NCBI GenBank assembly: GCA_013265495.1
Contig: MU058139.1
Location: 186,001-250,000 of the forward strand
Direction: 5' to 3'
Length of the DNA: 64,000 nt
From: Vicugna vicugna
Lineage: Eukaryota
The position numbers and the translations under genes are program-made. This document shows positions 52,461 through 64,000 of this stretch, piece by piece. Below the pieces are notes generated by a model. That model was not told the origin of the DNA and made no database searches. It saw only the letters and a program-made list of their open reading frames with translations. Every line of letters starts with the position of its first letter. Position 1 is the stretch's first letter.

Positions 52461-53687
52461 ATATATAAATAAGTGTCTTCTTAACATATACCTTTGCGTG
52501 CCATTGCCTGTTTCTCTTTCCACAGGCCTTCCTTTTCCATTGCCACAGCTGAATTGCATACTTTGTCTCCCCAAGGCTTCGTGGTATTATTACATTGATC
52601 TCATTAAGTAAAAATGTCAGACTTGCGTTACAGTTTTTGAATTCGGATTCCAAACTTTCTCCGCCCCCTTCTTTATCTGGCACCTTCGCCACTATCCTCC
52701 CGCATCACATCCTTTCATCCCTTCCTCATGCCTCCCCCTCCCACTTACGTTATGTCAGTGACTGCTGTCAAATGCATTTTCCCCTCTGGTCTTCATAAGC
52801 AGCACTTCATCTCTTGCCAAATCCTGTGTCTGATGTCATCCTGTTCACCAGATGTTTATATCATTGTCTATTGCACTTCCATGTCTGTTCAGTTACAAAA
52901 CAGTGTGCTTCGAATGAAAAAACTGGATGAAAACATCAGTAATGCCCCTGAATCTGCCAGCCTGACACCCATGTTTTCTAAGTCTGCGGCCTGAGCAGCA
53001 TTTTCCGTAACTGCAGCTATGAACCATCAGGCCCAAGTGCTGTTGAGTGAAGGCAATGCTGGCTGTTGGTACGGAGAACTCGGAAATCCTCGGATGCTTA
53101 GTGCTATCCGAGTTTGCCTCCCAGTCACGTTAGAGAACAATGCAGGTGTTCCCTTGCCTTCCACCTGGTGATTCAGGAACCAGACAAAGGGGAAGTTGAT
53201 TTGCGGAAACCACTTGGCTCCCCCTTGCCACGCCTGTTGATAGATGTTTCACAAATAGAGACCTGAGTTCTAATAAATTTGGGAAATGCCGATTCAAACA
53301 CAATTAAATAGGGTCTGTTGTTTTGTTCTGTTTTTACTGTAGTACTTCCTCAAGCTATTACACCCTAAGTATGCACTGTTCATTCATTTATCCATTCATT
53401 CAGTCATCCAAATAGATTTGAAACTCATAGGCTATGGAAATATAACCTTTTTAGCATCAGTTTTCCTTGTCTTCTTGGAGGAGACAGATCTTCATCAGTG
53501 TATCACACAAAACAAATTTAGTTACAATCTGTGTTCAGTGCTGTCAGGGAACCTTACTGGGGGCTCCAAAGACACGGAACAGGCGGACGGGGCTCATGCG
53601 TGGGTCAGGGAGGGCATCCCTGGGGACAGCTCACTGAGCAAGGTATAAAAAGCTGGAGGTTTCACTAGGGGAAGTTGTTTGAGGACC

Positions 53688-54431
53688 CGTCAAAGAGAAA
53701 CAAAACCAGACACTAGTTAAACGGGAAAGGACGGGCTTTCCCGTGATGTGGAAGGAGATCCAGCATGAGCTGAACTCAATTTCAGTTTGTACGGAGATGA
53801 CTGGGTGTTTTAAAGGGAGAACGAGGGAGTCGGGAGGGGACCAGGGGACTCGAGCAGAGTCAGGGAAGTGCAGAATGACCAAGGGTTGGTCAGTGTAAGT
53901 GTGACCAGGCAGCCAGCCGTGTCTGTTCTCCGGCAGCGATGGAAGTGAGGCTGCTCTGCTCCCACAGAGACTGGGAGACAGGGGCCCTGTCCCTCCTGTG
54001 GTTTCTTTTCAAAGGAATGTTTTTCCAGATCCTGGAAAAAGGCACTCGTGATTTGCAGGAGATACAGCTACATCTCGAAAGGACAGGAGGAGGATTCACA
54101 ATTGTAAGCCCTTCTTAAGTAAACGCTCTGAAAAAGGGCAGCCATTGTCCTGTCCTCCGTGTTGGCTGGAACAAACAGTAAATCCTTTAGGCAGCCTTAG
54201 CTTTCTCAGGCAGGCTCTTTAAGGATGGCTGGGGTCCTCCTAGGGAGGTGACCTTGAGCTGTTAGAAACTATGTTAGTGTTTGTTAAAGTCTTTTAATTT
54301 GGGGGGGAATAAGTGGATGAAATCATTTGTGCTGAAACTCTGCATTTTTTATAGACCAAGTTTGAGGCTTAGTTGAAAGGACGGCTGGGAGGGGCCAGGC
54401 TCCAGTCGGGTCAAGGGGAGCATCCCTGGCA
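53688..54431. mobile_element. Old ERV1-class solo LTR (MER31/MER67-like, family uncertain) within L2-like sequence
   Basis: gtcaaagagaaa...gacactagttaaa...ccagcatgagctgaactcaa...gtttgaggcttagttga...ggtcaaggggagcatccctggca; no clear TSD. Confidence 0.55.
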
Positions 54432-55139
54432 GAGGGGGAAGGGGACAGAGTGGCCAAGCTGAGTGGAGGCTCCCAGGAGGGCAGGGGCCTGCAAGGCGGA
54501 GCCCTGTGGCTGTGTGCAGAGTTTCAGTGACCTCCTGAGAGCAGCAGCAGAGATCTTTCAAGAGTGTGAGCAGAGGAGGCGCATGCTCGGCTTGGGCACT
54601 TTGAAACGCTCTGGCTTCAAGAATAAATTGGAGGGAGGGAAGAGGAACTGTGAGAGCCAATAAGAGGCTGCTGCAGCCCCAAGAGAGAGACGGCCAGATC
54701 TCCACGATGCCGAGGAGGGCGGGTGTGACAGGAGGACCTGGGAGCACTTAGGAGGCGAAGTCAACAAAACTGGGTGAACAGTGGATGCGGCGGGGGTGGT
54801 TCCACAGTGAAGACAGAAAGACATCAGGCTGCGGGCTGACAGCTGCAGGCGAGGGCAGCAGCCAGGAGAGATAGAGGGGGCCCCCTCGGGAGGAAGCACT
54901 CAGGACTGTGCCAAAGGTGACATTCCAGATAGATCAGCCTTTGCTCGAAATTCTAACTAACATCTGTTGGGCATTTGTTTTCCAGAGAACATTCTTAGGG
55001 AAACATTCTTCTAGAGATGTTTTCCAAGTTTTTTTTTTAATTTTTTTAATTCTCATTTTTATTCTCATATAAATAAGCAACACTTCCAAGTTCATGAGAG
55101 ATTGGAAAGTTCTGCTTCACATCTCAGATGTCTGTTTTG

Positions 55140-55550
55140 AGAATTACAACACTCAGTGCCTACTATGCGCTAGGCACTCTGAGAGACACCTTGGCTTCTT
55201 ATCTTCAGGATAGCCCAGCAGTTAGCTGTTTCTGTCCTCACGTAACAGACAGGAGAACAGGGCCTCAGATAAGCAACAATGCTCACTTCAGGCCCCCGCT
55301 GCTGGGAGGTGATGGCCCCAGTTTCATGCTCAGGTCTATCTCACTGGAGTGTGGGCTCGGGAGTCCACCGGGGTTCAGAGCTTGGCTTTGAACTTCTCAC
55401 TAGCTGTGACCTTGGGCACAGAATGGACCTCTTGCACCCTCAATTTCCTCAAGTATTAAATGGAAGGAATACTATCTCATTAGATGTTATAAGATTAAAT
55501 AAAACAAACCACACACCCGGCAACTGTTGAGTACTCAAGAAATGCTTACT
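55140..55550. mobile_element. Two adjacent, oppositely oriented MIR fragments
   Basis: gtgcctactatgcgctaggcact...; ctcactagctgtgaccttgggca...cctcaatttcctca. Confidence 0.6.
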
Positions 55551-56239
55551 GCCGTTCCCCACGCACCTTCTGCAGAGAGGATAACTCCCACGTGACCATT
55601 CAGATTCCTCCTCCTACCTTTCAGGATGGTGTTTCTCACCCTTCCAGGAGCCTCCGTCCATTGGAAATGCCATCTCCATTGCTCAGGACGAGCCAGTTAC
55701 GAGTGGCCGCTCCTCACTCCGGAGGTCTGACTTACTCTCCCAGGCACAGCCCTGGTCTGTTTGGCTCCGAAAGTTTGGAGTTTTTTCTCTTTCTTTTCCA
55801 AGTTCCCTTAATCCACCATCCAGCTCTTGGGAGGACTTCCGTTCCTTGTATCTTTTTAAAGACTTCGCATTCTCTCTGATAAGCCAAGTGTCCACATATG
55901 TTTGTGTATGTAGTGCACATCACTGCACGTCCCGTGAAGATGTAACAGATCCTTTACAAGTCTCAGCAACAGCCACCTTAGTTTCCAAATTTTGTGGTTT
56001 AACGATAAACCACAGTTGGAAAGAACTGCAGATGTGGCTCGTTCTGTTGTTCTTGGGGAATTCCCTAGAATTCAGACTGCTTAAACCAGCTCTCTTCTAT
56101 CTGCAGACTATTGTGGATGCTGATAATAAACAAAGACTTAGTCACTCATCTGTTCCTCGCTCACTAGAGAATGTCTCACAGGCATTCAGGCTCCAGAGTA
56201 GAACATGCCTCTTGTTCCGTAGTCTTGGCACCTGTTCAG

Positions 56240-56440
56240 TTTAGTATAAGGATAGATATGGAGCCAGATATTCTGGGCTTAAGCCCTGACTCCACCACTA
56301 ACTAGCCAGGAAACTTGAGCAAGTTACTTAACTTCTAAATGGCTCACTTTTCCCATCTGTAAAATGGGATAATCAGCATAAAAGAGTTTTATATATAAAG
56401 AAACTGGCACATAGTGAACACTTACATAAATGTCATTATT
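56240..56440 (+). mobile_element. MIR SINE
   Basis: ggagccaga...actccaccactaactagc...ttgagcaagttacttaac...ctcacttttcccatctgtaaaatgggataat. Confidence 0.78.
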
Positions 56441-57352
56441 TGCACTACTCTTGAATGAGAGAAGCCCTTAGTTAGGTATAGAGAAAATCTCTAAATAGAG
56501 AGCATTCTTTAGGCTGTGGTACAATTATCAGTTCATTTCTTAAGACATTCCTCTTGGTTTCTGTCTACAGCCAACTTCATTCATGCATTTTGACACTTCT
56601 CACGAAGGATACATGATAAATGGCAAAGCCCACATTTTAGTCCAGTTATTTTACACCAAGCTCTATTAAGAAATATAAAGAAGATAATGTCAATCACATT
56701 GACTAACAGGAGTTTTGGGTATTACCACTGTCACTTAAAAGATCGTTTTTGTTATCCTCTGTTAAGAATAAGGACTTTGCTGCCTTTTTGAATTTAATGA
56801 CTCTAATTTAAAAAAATGTATCGATGAAGGAAACAAGAAAAAGTCTTCTTGAATAATTGATGCCTTTCAAAATGTTGAATTCCTGAACTTTTCCCTACCT
56901 CAGTTTCCAAAACTCTGAAATGGGGTAACAGTGCTATCTGCATTCTTAGAGCTGCTGGGAATTTTAAATTAGGTGATACGTGGAAAGGGCTTAGAGTAAC
57001 ACTCAGCACAGAGCACATGCTAATAAATACTATTTATTAGTTTTTAACATAAACACAAGTTGATAGATTGTTTGTTGCTCTACAGTATTTTACAATAAGT
57101 GAAAAGCTACAGTTTCCAAAACAGCCTTCCCAGCGTGATTAGCACAGGTTGGCCCCATGTGTGGAGAGAAGAGCTTCCTTTCCCTGGCTTCCCAGATTTC
57201 CTGCAAACGCCACAGGATCTGTATCTGCATCTAAGAGTGGGGGAATTAAAATCCCGTTTGCATTTGCCGGTTGGAGGGAAGCTGAGATGCAGATGGTGTC
57301 TTAGCAGCAGCGAGTCTGCGCTGACTCTCATTGTCATGGCAACTCCTTAATC

Positions 57353-57404
57353 ACTTCCTGGGCAGATGAGTCACCGCTTCCTGGAACTGTCTGTCTGAGG
57401 AAGT
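57353..57404. promoter_or_regulatory. Candidate enhancer core: ETS, AP-1, STAT and ETS motifs
   Basis: ACTTCCTG 57353-57360, TGAGTCA 57367-57373, TTCCTGGAA 57378-57386, GAGGAAGT 57397-57404; motif evidence only. Confidence 0.4.
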
Positions 57405-60400
57405 TTGCTTCTAGGACGCCTGGCCTTGTGCTTAGAATTCAGAGATGAGCTATTTCAATTCTAAGGACAGCTCTTCAAAACCACACACAAAAAGTGAAAA
57501 CAGTACACCAAATCATGCAGGTGATGCCTCTCTGCTGGATAGGAATCTAGCATTGGACAAAGCGTGAAGCAGATTCCAAAGGAGTTTAGAATGAAGTGTA
57601 TCCATTGGTCAGTTAAGCCAAGTACTTTGTCGTGTCATTAAGTGTAACCAGAGCATTTTATAAGAATTTTAACCCTCCAAAGTTGCCCCAGTAAAATGTG
57701 ATTTTTTTTAATTACAAGAAATTAAACAGAGAGATGTGTATCTCAATGTGATCAAAATCCCTTTCCTCAAAAAAAAAAAAAATGCTGATCTTTTCCCACC
57801 ATCTCTCACAATGTGATTGCATTAATTTGCCTGAGTTAATGAGGCAAAATCACCAGCCTTCAAAAGAGAGGCTTTGCTCTCAGATTCAAAAGAAACTGTG
57901 TGTTTTCCCCTCTCAGTATTCTCTCAAACATGAAGGACAGAATCAGGATGAATAATAATCAGACCTACAGATAATGTCCACGCTGCCCGGAAGCCAATAA
58001 AAACTCCATTAGAAGCTCAAAAGTTGAAACTGCTCTAACCACCCTTCCTTTCCTGGTGGTCCTCACCTCGCTGTGCATCAAGTGCACACAGGGCCTTTCC
58101 CAGCATCCAAAGGTACGTGTCATGAATGAGAACACGTAGACCAGAAATGCTAAATTCAAAACTCAGGAATCACTGTTGCTGATTTCAGTTAATGACACTG
58201 ATTGCTTTTAAAAATGGGGATGATTTCCACTTGGAACACTTCAGAATTTTTTTTTTTAAATGACATCTTTACCCTTCAGTTCTTCCATTTACTTATTTAT
58301 TGAGCAGGTGAATTCTCTCCCTGCTAAGTTGGGGAAGAGTCTACCTGGCAGCGCTCGCGCTCAGTCCCGGTCCTTCCACGGTGCTAGGATTTCTCTTTGT
58401 GCTGTAGAGTCCTCCCTGTTTCTCAGTGCATCTGTAGCAGATGGTGAGGCTTTTAGGAGGCAGAGTAATTTTTTAAAAAATGTTTGGTGCTTCCCAGTTG
58501 CGGTAGAGTTGGCAGAGGGAAGGCTGCGGTTCATGGAATTAAATGTTCACCTGCACGCAGGGGGCAATATACTTGGCTTTCAAAGCATTTCACTTACCAC
58601 TAGGGAGGGAATTAGGGACTTACTGATCCATCAGTGACTATCAAAACTTATGTCTGTGAGAGCTCTTTAAGTCCCTAAACATCTGAGGAAGTTCTTTTTT
58701 TTTAAATAAAGAATTAGTCTAATTAATAATAAAAACCTAGTTATGATTAAAAAGGAAGCATAAGGGGGCAACATATGGTTTTAAATTAATGCTGGAAGAG
58801 ATAACCTTATATAAAAACATTTTAATGGGCTAATTTTCATGGATAATCTTCAGATACATTAAGATTATGGAGACAGCATAATATTTTTAGTGGACTAGAT
58901 GGGTATCTGAGAACCTAAAATGGTATAGAATTCTGAGACTGGAAAAACATTATCAGTGTACACGGCTCTGGGGATATGGGGACTTGGGGACATAGCTCTT
59001 CAATAGGTCCCCAAAGATAATACTTTTAAAATAAACTTATCTGATCACACAGGAGTATGGTCATTTCAGGCAATTTAGAAAGTATAGAAAAACCTTGATA
59101 AAATAAAAATAACCCCAATTATATCACTACTACTAACCCTTGGTGGTATTTATTTCCTGTAGTCTCCCAATATTTTTATTTTATTTTAATATTCGAAGGG
59201 AATCATTGTGTACATACTAGTCTACAGTGACTTTTTTTTTTATGTGTAACAATGTCTTGTGAATGTTCCTCCTTGTTACTTACCATACCACAGCTTTTGC
59301 AACATTGTTTATTCCATCATCACAATACAGCCACTGATTCTGGTTGTGAAACCCGTAGAATCTTTTCAAATTTCCACTGAGATAAACATCTTTGTAGTTA
59401 AATCTTTGCACACATCCACGATTGAAAAAAAAAACCCAAATTAGCTTTTGTGGCTTCTAAAATAAGTAATATGTAGAAAGCAGAAATAAATGTCAATGCG
59501 CCCTTAAGAGGGGCCAGTGACTAGCCACCTCGTGGAAAGGAGACTAGATGGTCTGTGTTTGAGACCAACCTCTAATTCAGAGTGACACCAAATAACTTAG
59601 AATGTGGTCTTTCCGTGGGTTTCTGGGTCTCATGCAAAGCCCAGCGTTGTGAGTAACTGTTCAGTTTTAGACGGGCACCTCATGTTTCCTGCCCTGCCCT
59701 GGCAGCGCATGGCCGTGTGGCTCTTCCTGTGCTGGGGGAGATGTGTGCCTCTGTACCCTGGGAGCACTGTGTGTGCCCCTGTGTCTAATGGAGGAGGCCA
59801 CCTCCTGGGGCCATCACTGAGCCATCTAGAGGCCACCACGCTCTGCTTCTTCACTTTCCCCTGAACATTTGCGTAATTTACCTCCCACAATTTAATTATT
59901 TTTTAACTCACCGAGGCTTTTGTCACCCACAATGAGAGCCTTTTCCCCTACTCTGTGAATCTTGCTTGGCAATTTCTCCTGTTGTTTTGGAAACATTTCA
60001 AAGCCCTTCAGATTTAAAGGAAACTCTGCGTGTTCCAAGTTTACCCAGGAGATTTGTGTATAAACTTGGGCAACAATGTTCTTAGTAACTGTTCTAACAA
60101 GACAGCTCCCTAGATCCTGGTACAGTTGTTTTTAGGGGGTGGGGACAATCTGAAGAGATGGTCCAAGAATTTACTCCTCTGGAGTGTCTGGAGCTGCAGG
60201 CTGGCCAGTCAGAAAGCAGGGAGGAGGCTGCAACAGGAAAAAACACAGGTAGAGCCACTTTGCTGACCCGCTGCCTCCCCCTGATCCACTCCCCGGGACA
60301 GCCTTGACAGATTTCCCAATGTCGTCTCTGCCACCAGCCCTGCCCTGATCTGCAGCCCATCTCATGATCTCCCTCCACCCAGACACGTGCTCCGCGCTTC

Positions 60401-61747
60401 CAGTCTCCCCCACGGTATCATCTGCGCTGGGCTCTGCACCCCATGCGCCAGGAATGGCCTCTGTGTGCACACAAAACCAAGTTGTCATGGCAACACACTG
60501 CCCACAATGGGCATCTGTCTCCTCCCAAATGATTCATTGATTGGTTGCTTCCCTGTCTGGTCTGCCAAGGATGATTTCTGAGAAATATTTTACATGAGTC
60601 AGTTCAAGTTCTCTAGACCCATTACATTTTTTTCTATAAAAGCTATTTCCGGTGTGGTTTCTTTGGAAGCAATGCTGGTTCCCTCTGCCTCTGCTCAAGA
60701 GTTAGAATAATGTTTGGGGCACTTACCATAGGCCAGGACTCACATTCAACTTATGACATGGTTTGTCTCATTTGCTAAGCACACCAACCTTATGAGATAA
60801 GTGCCACGAGGATGCCAAGTTTCTGAAGAAATTTTAGCTTATGCAGGTTAAGTAATTTTCACAAGTTTATGTTCTAAGCAAACTGTAGAGCAAGACTAGA
60901 CCATGAATCTAGAGCTTGACAATGACCAATTGAATATACTCTAGTATACACTTCTCATAAAGCAACTTTCCTGCTTCCAATGGAAATATAATCTATTAGT
61001 GGTGTTGAGTTCAGAAACCCACCGTAGGAACTCACTGAACATAGTTCTCAGAAACTTAACTACCTTCTTTACGTGGACTAGAATTTTTGTTCTCTTTTAG
61101 GGGATTCTTTACCACACTTAGGATTCTTCCTCATGGCAGATGAATTATTTCAATTACATTTTAAACTCTAAAGGATAAAGTTCTTTTGGAGTTTTTAAAG
61201 ATTTGTAATGGGAAGTAGGCTAAAATTTCTTTCCCCAGAACTTTCTCCGTATTCTAATACCTTTCCAAAGAAATTCTTGATTTAATTTCTCTAGAGGGAC
61301 TATATTCAATTAATGCTTGAAACTAATCCTCCACTATACATTTTTCTCTTCCAGAAAAATGTCAAGTAAACAAAAAAAATACTTAGAAAAAGTATGAATT
61401 AGATGCCAATCTAAAATAGAAAAGGCTGTTTTAGTTGTTGCTCACTGTGATTCCAATAGGTTTAGAAAAGCAGTCAGTCTGTACATCCCAAGCTCAGATA
61501 GATGACAATTACAATTTCATTCATTAAACAATCACAAATTTTCAAAATCATAAAACAACTCAGCAACAACGAGACACGTGAAAAGCACATTTCTGTTCTG
61601 AGCGTTCTTACAGTTCACAAAGTTGATTCTTACTGAAGGCACAGATTACATGTTAACTGACTCTGGGTTCCTCCAGACTTGAGTTCCAGCGATTTGTAAA
61701 GTACCTGCAAAAACTCTTAATCTTACAAAAATTGGACTCCGTCAGTG

Positions 61748-62359
61748 TGCTGGGGTCGAGAGGTTCTTGTTGTCACAGAAAGAATTTAGAGACAAGATGT
61801 GGAGGTTAAGAAAGCAAAGTAAGGATTTATTAAGGGACAGGTAATTCACTCTAGAGGAAAGAGCAGGCAGACCCAGGTGGGTGGCTGCCCCAGGTTTCCT
61901 TGGCAAGCTCATTATATGACTGTAAAAATGAATGCACAGAATGTTCATTGGTGGGGAGGGGTTTGGGGTCATCTTTCTTGCTCTTCATCCCAGCTCCACC
62001 TTCCCAGGTGGGAAAGAGGGATTTTTCATCCTTATTTAGTCTTGATCAGGAAGTTGGGTGAGGTAATAATGAACAAAAGTTTACATTCACATGGGGGTAT
62101 CATAAGCAAAAGGTTATAGTTGGACATAGGTCATAATGATTGAAAGGTTACATTCAGATGGTGAGGATTCCTGTCTTGCCCTACCCTTCTGCCTCCAGGA
62201 CACTTATCAACCAAGAGGTATGGTTTTTTATTAATCCAGAGGATCCTGTTTTTCTTAGTCAGTCCAAGGACCCCCTTTGTTCACAAAATGTATGATTTTC
62301 TGCCATTTGCCCATGTCCTTCTTTCTCTGCTCATATCTAGCTACCTGCCTTGTCTAACA
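61748..62359 (-). mobile_element. Solo ERV1-class LTR with perfect 4-bp TSD
   Basis: AGTG 61744-61747 | TG...CTAACA | AGTG 62360-62363; 612 bp; minus-strand AATAAA at 61826-61831. Confidence 0.82.
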
Positions 62360-62971
62360 AGTGATGTGTCTTTGGTTTTATATCTTCCTCCGTGTATGTA
62401 TGGGTTCTTAATATTTAGGAGTCCACGGTCCATGATCATTTCATATTGCAACTGTAGCCTGAAGTCTCTAATGGTCTAGTAAATTATGCCTGCACGAAAT
62501 TATCAAACCTATGCAAAGGAAGTAGATAGAAATTGGTAAATGTGGCTTAGGCAAGAGATTTCCTTCCTCTTTGAGTGTCTTAAGAGTGGTTGAGATATTT
62601 CAGGGTGGCATGGGGGTGGAGGAGCTAAAACATAAAAGTCCTAAATGAATCGTCCCCTTAAGAGAATAACCATAGAAGGTCTACATGGGGAATTTTAAAT
62701 ATTCACATCTCCATATTTGAAGATACAGCTAATGGCCAACTTGAAAATGTCAGCAGTAAAAACCCCAAACTTCTAAACACATTTATGCAAATTAGATCTG
62801 CCTATTCAAAGTAAGAATCTCAATCTTTCTCTTCTTAATTGCTACCAGTTTCTATGGCCTCAATTCCAGCCTCAAATACGGTTCAGATGGAGTCAATCTT
62901 GAGGCTTTCTAAAAGCAGGGGCGATTGTACCCTTAGCAGGACCAAGCCAGTGTGCTTGCCAGTACTCCCAG

Positions 62972-62999
62972 TGAGTCACAGCTGGAATGTCCTGTGGTT
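62972..62999. promoter_or_regulatory. Candidate enhancer core: AP-1, E-box, TEAD and RUNX motifs
   Basis: TGAGTCA 62972-62978, CAGCTG 62979-62984, TGGAATGT 62983-62990, TGTGGTT 62993-62999; motif evidence only. Confidence 0.45.
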
Positions 63000-63420
63000 G
63001 AAGTTCTGCTCTGAAAACGGAATCAGGAGCAGCAGGCACCAACTGGTTTCCACGGTAACCAGTATTTGTGTACTTTGAAAAACGACTGTTTCTTTTTGTG
63101 TGGTACATTTACGCGGGAATAGATTGTTGAGGTGACGTTAGCCATCTGTGCGAATATAAACAAAACCTCCTGATTTAATTAAGTGTAAACGTTAGAAGGA
63201 CACAAAATTGGGGGTATGGGTTTTTTTGTTTTTTTGTTTTTTTGGTAGAGAGATATTGTTCAACACTAATGAATTCATTAATTTATTTGACATTATATTT
63301 AAGTATTTTCATCAATGTCTATTTGAGGTTTACCTCAATGCATCATTCTCTCCCCTCCAAAGGCAAAAAGAAACTAATTGTTATTCATCAGTGCTCCCCC
63401 CAGACCCCCTCCCCCTTCCC

Positions 63421-63635
63421 CCACCCCCATCCCATTCACAATGTGTTATTTAAGGACCGCTGGGATTCAGGGGCTCTCCTTCAGTGAAGTAATCCCATCC
63501 GGAAGGAAGGGGGGGAAAAAAACCTTCACCACCCCCATCCCATTTAAAATGTGTTATTTAAGGACCGCTGGGATTCAGGGGCTCTCCTTCAGTGAAGTAA
63601 TCCCATCCGGAAGGAAGGGGGGGAAAAAAACCTTC
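63421..63635 (+). repeat. Direct tandem duplication, 2 x 107 bp, period 108
   Basis: 63421-63527 vs 63529-63635, two mismatches near the start (cattCaCaatg / cattTaAaatg). Confidence 0.92.
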
Positions 63636-64000
63636 CAAGTCTTGTGAAAATGTCAGGTTTCTTAACCTTGCTGAGCTGGGAGACAGAAATATGGTACTGC
63701 TTATAGCTTTGCACAGAATCTAAAATATGGTTCCTCAAAATGTTTACCCTACCTAGTGTTTCAGAAGATCCAGGAAGCTTTGAGCGATTCCGGTTCCAGA
63801 GAAATCTGACCTTGTGTTTTGTTAGATAAAGATGAAATAATTAAAGTTTTGTTCACTGCACTACCATCCACAGTTCAGGAATGAGCCTTTTGGAGTGGAA
63901 AACAGTAGAGCATTTTCTCGCTTATTCTGCCTCGGCCTGGGAACAGTATGTTTATTTTTGTGTTAATTAGTTTTGAATTGGAATTCGTGCACTAAGTTTA

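Noticed and set aside
54349..54899. Long ORFs in GC-richer DNA
   Set aside because: They overlap LTR and L2-like sequence, with no splice or homology support.
59524..59535. CTCF-like motif (CCACGAGGTGGC on minus strand), and similar ones near 14510 and 44415
   Set aside because: Each has mismatches at core positions; expected by chance in 64 kb without a PWM score or conservation data.
45496..64000. Next CUBN exon (LYDGP...YCG..., CUB8 second half)
   Set aside because: No matching coding sequence seen by eye or in the ORF track; it probably lies beyond the window, so absence is not evidence of loss.
1..64000. CRISPR arrays, operons, tRNA/rRNA genes or another novel multi-gene system
   Set aside because: Eukaryotic intron-exon DNA; no repeat-spacer array, RNA gene or second protein-coding gene was recognisable. 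Small intronic ncRNAs cannot be excluded without an Rfam/Infernal search.

Overview
Mammalian genomic DNA containing an internal part of the cubilin gene (CUBN) on the + strand. Eleven GT-AG exons (744-45495, equivalent to human exons 17-27 as I recall the numbering) splice into one stop-free frame of 1907 nt. They encode CUB3, CUB4, CUB5, CUB6, CUB7 and the first half of CUB8; CUB5-8 is the intrinsic factor-cobalamin binding module. The rest is intron, rich in L1, MIR, L2, hAT fossils and solo LTRs. No Alu, B1/B2, Bov-A/BovB, PRE-1 or SINEC was recognised, which tentatively suggests a camelid. I found no novel multi-gene system. The most striking observation is an in-frame 204-nt tandem duplication of the splice acceptor plus most of the first CUB6 exon. 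It is one of three near-perfect 100-200 bp tandem duplications in the window and may be an assembly artefact. Also notable are an 8-kb composite L1 (internal inversion with duplication, a nested younger L1 and about 850 bp of captured non-L1 DNA) and two dense transcription-factor motif clusters in the last intron. Repeat family names and boundaries are by eye and approximate.
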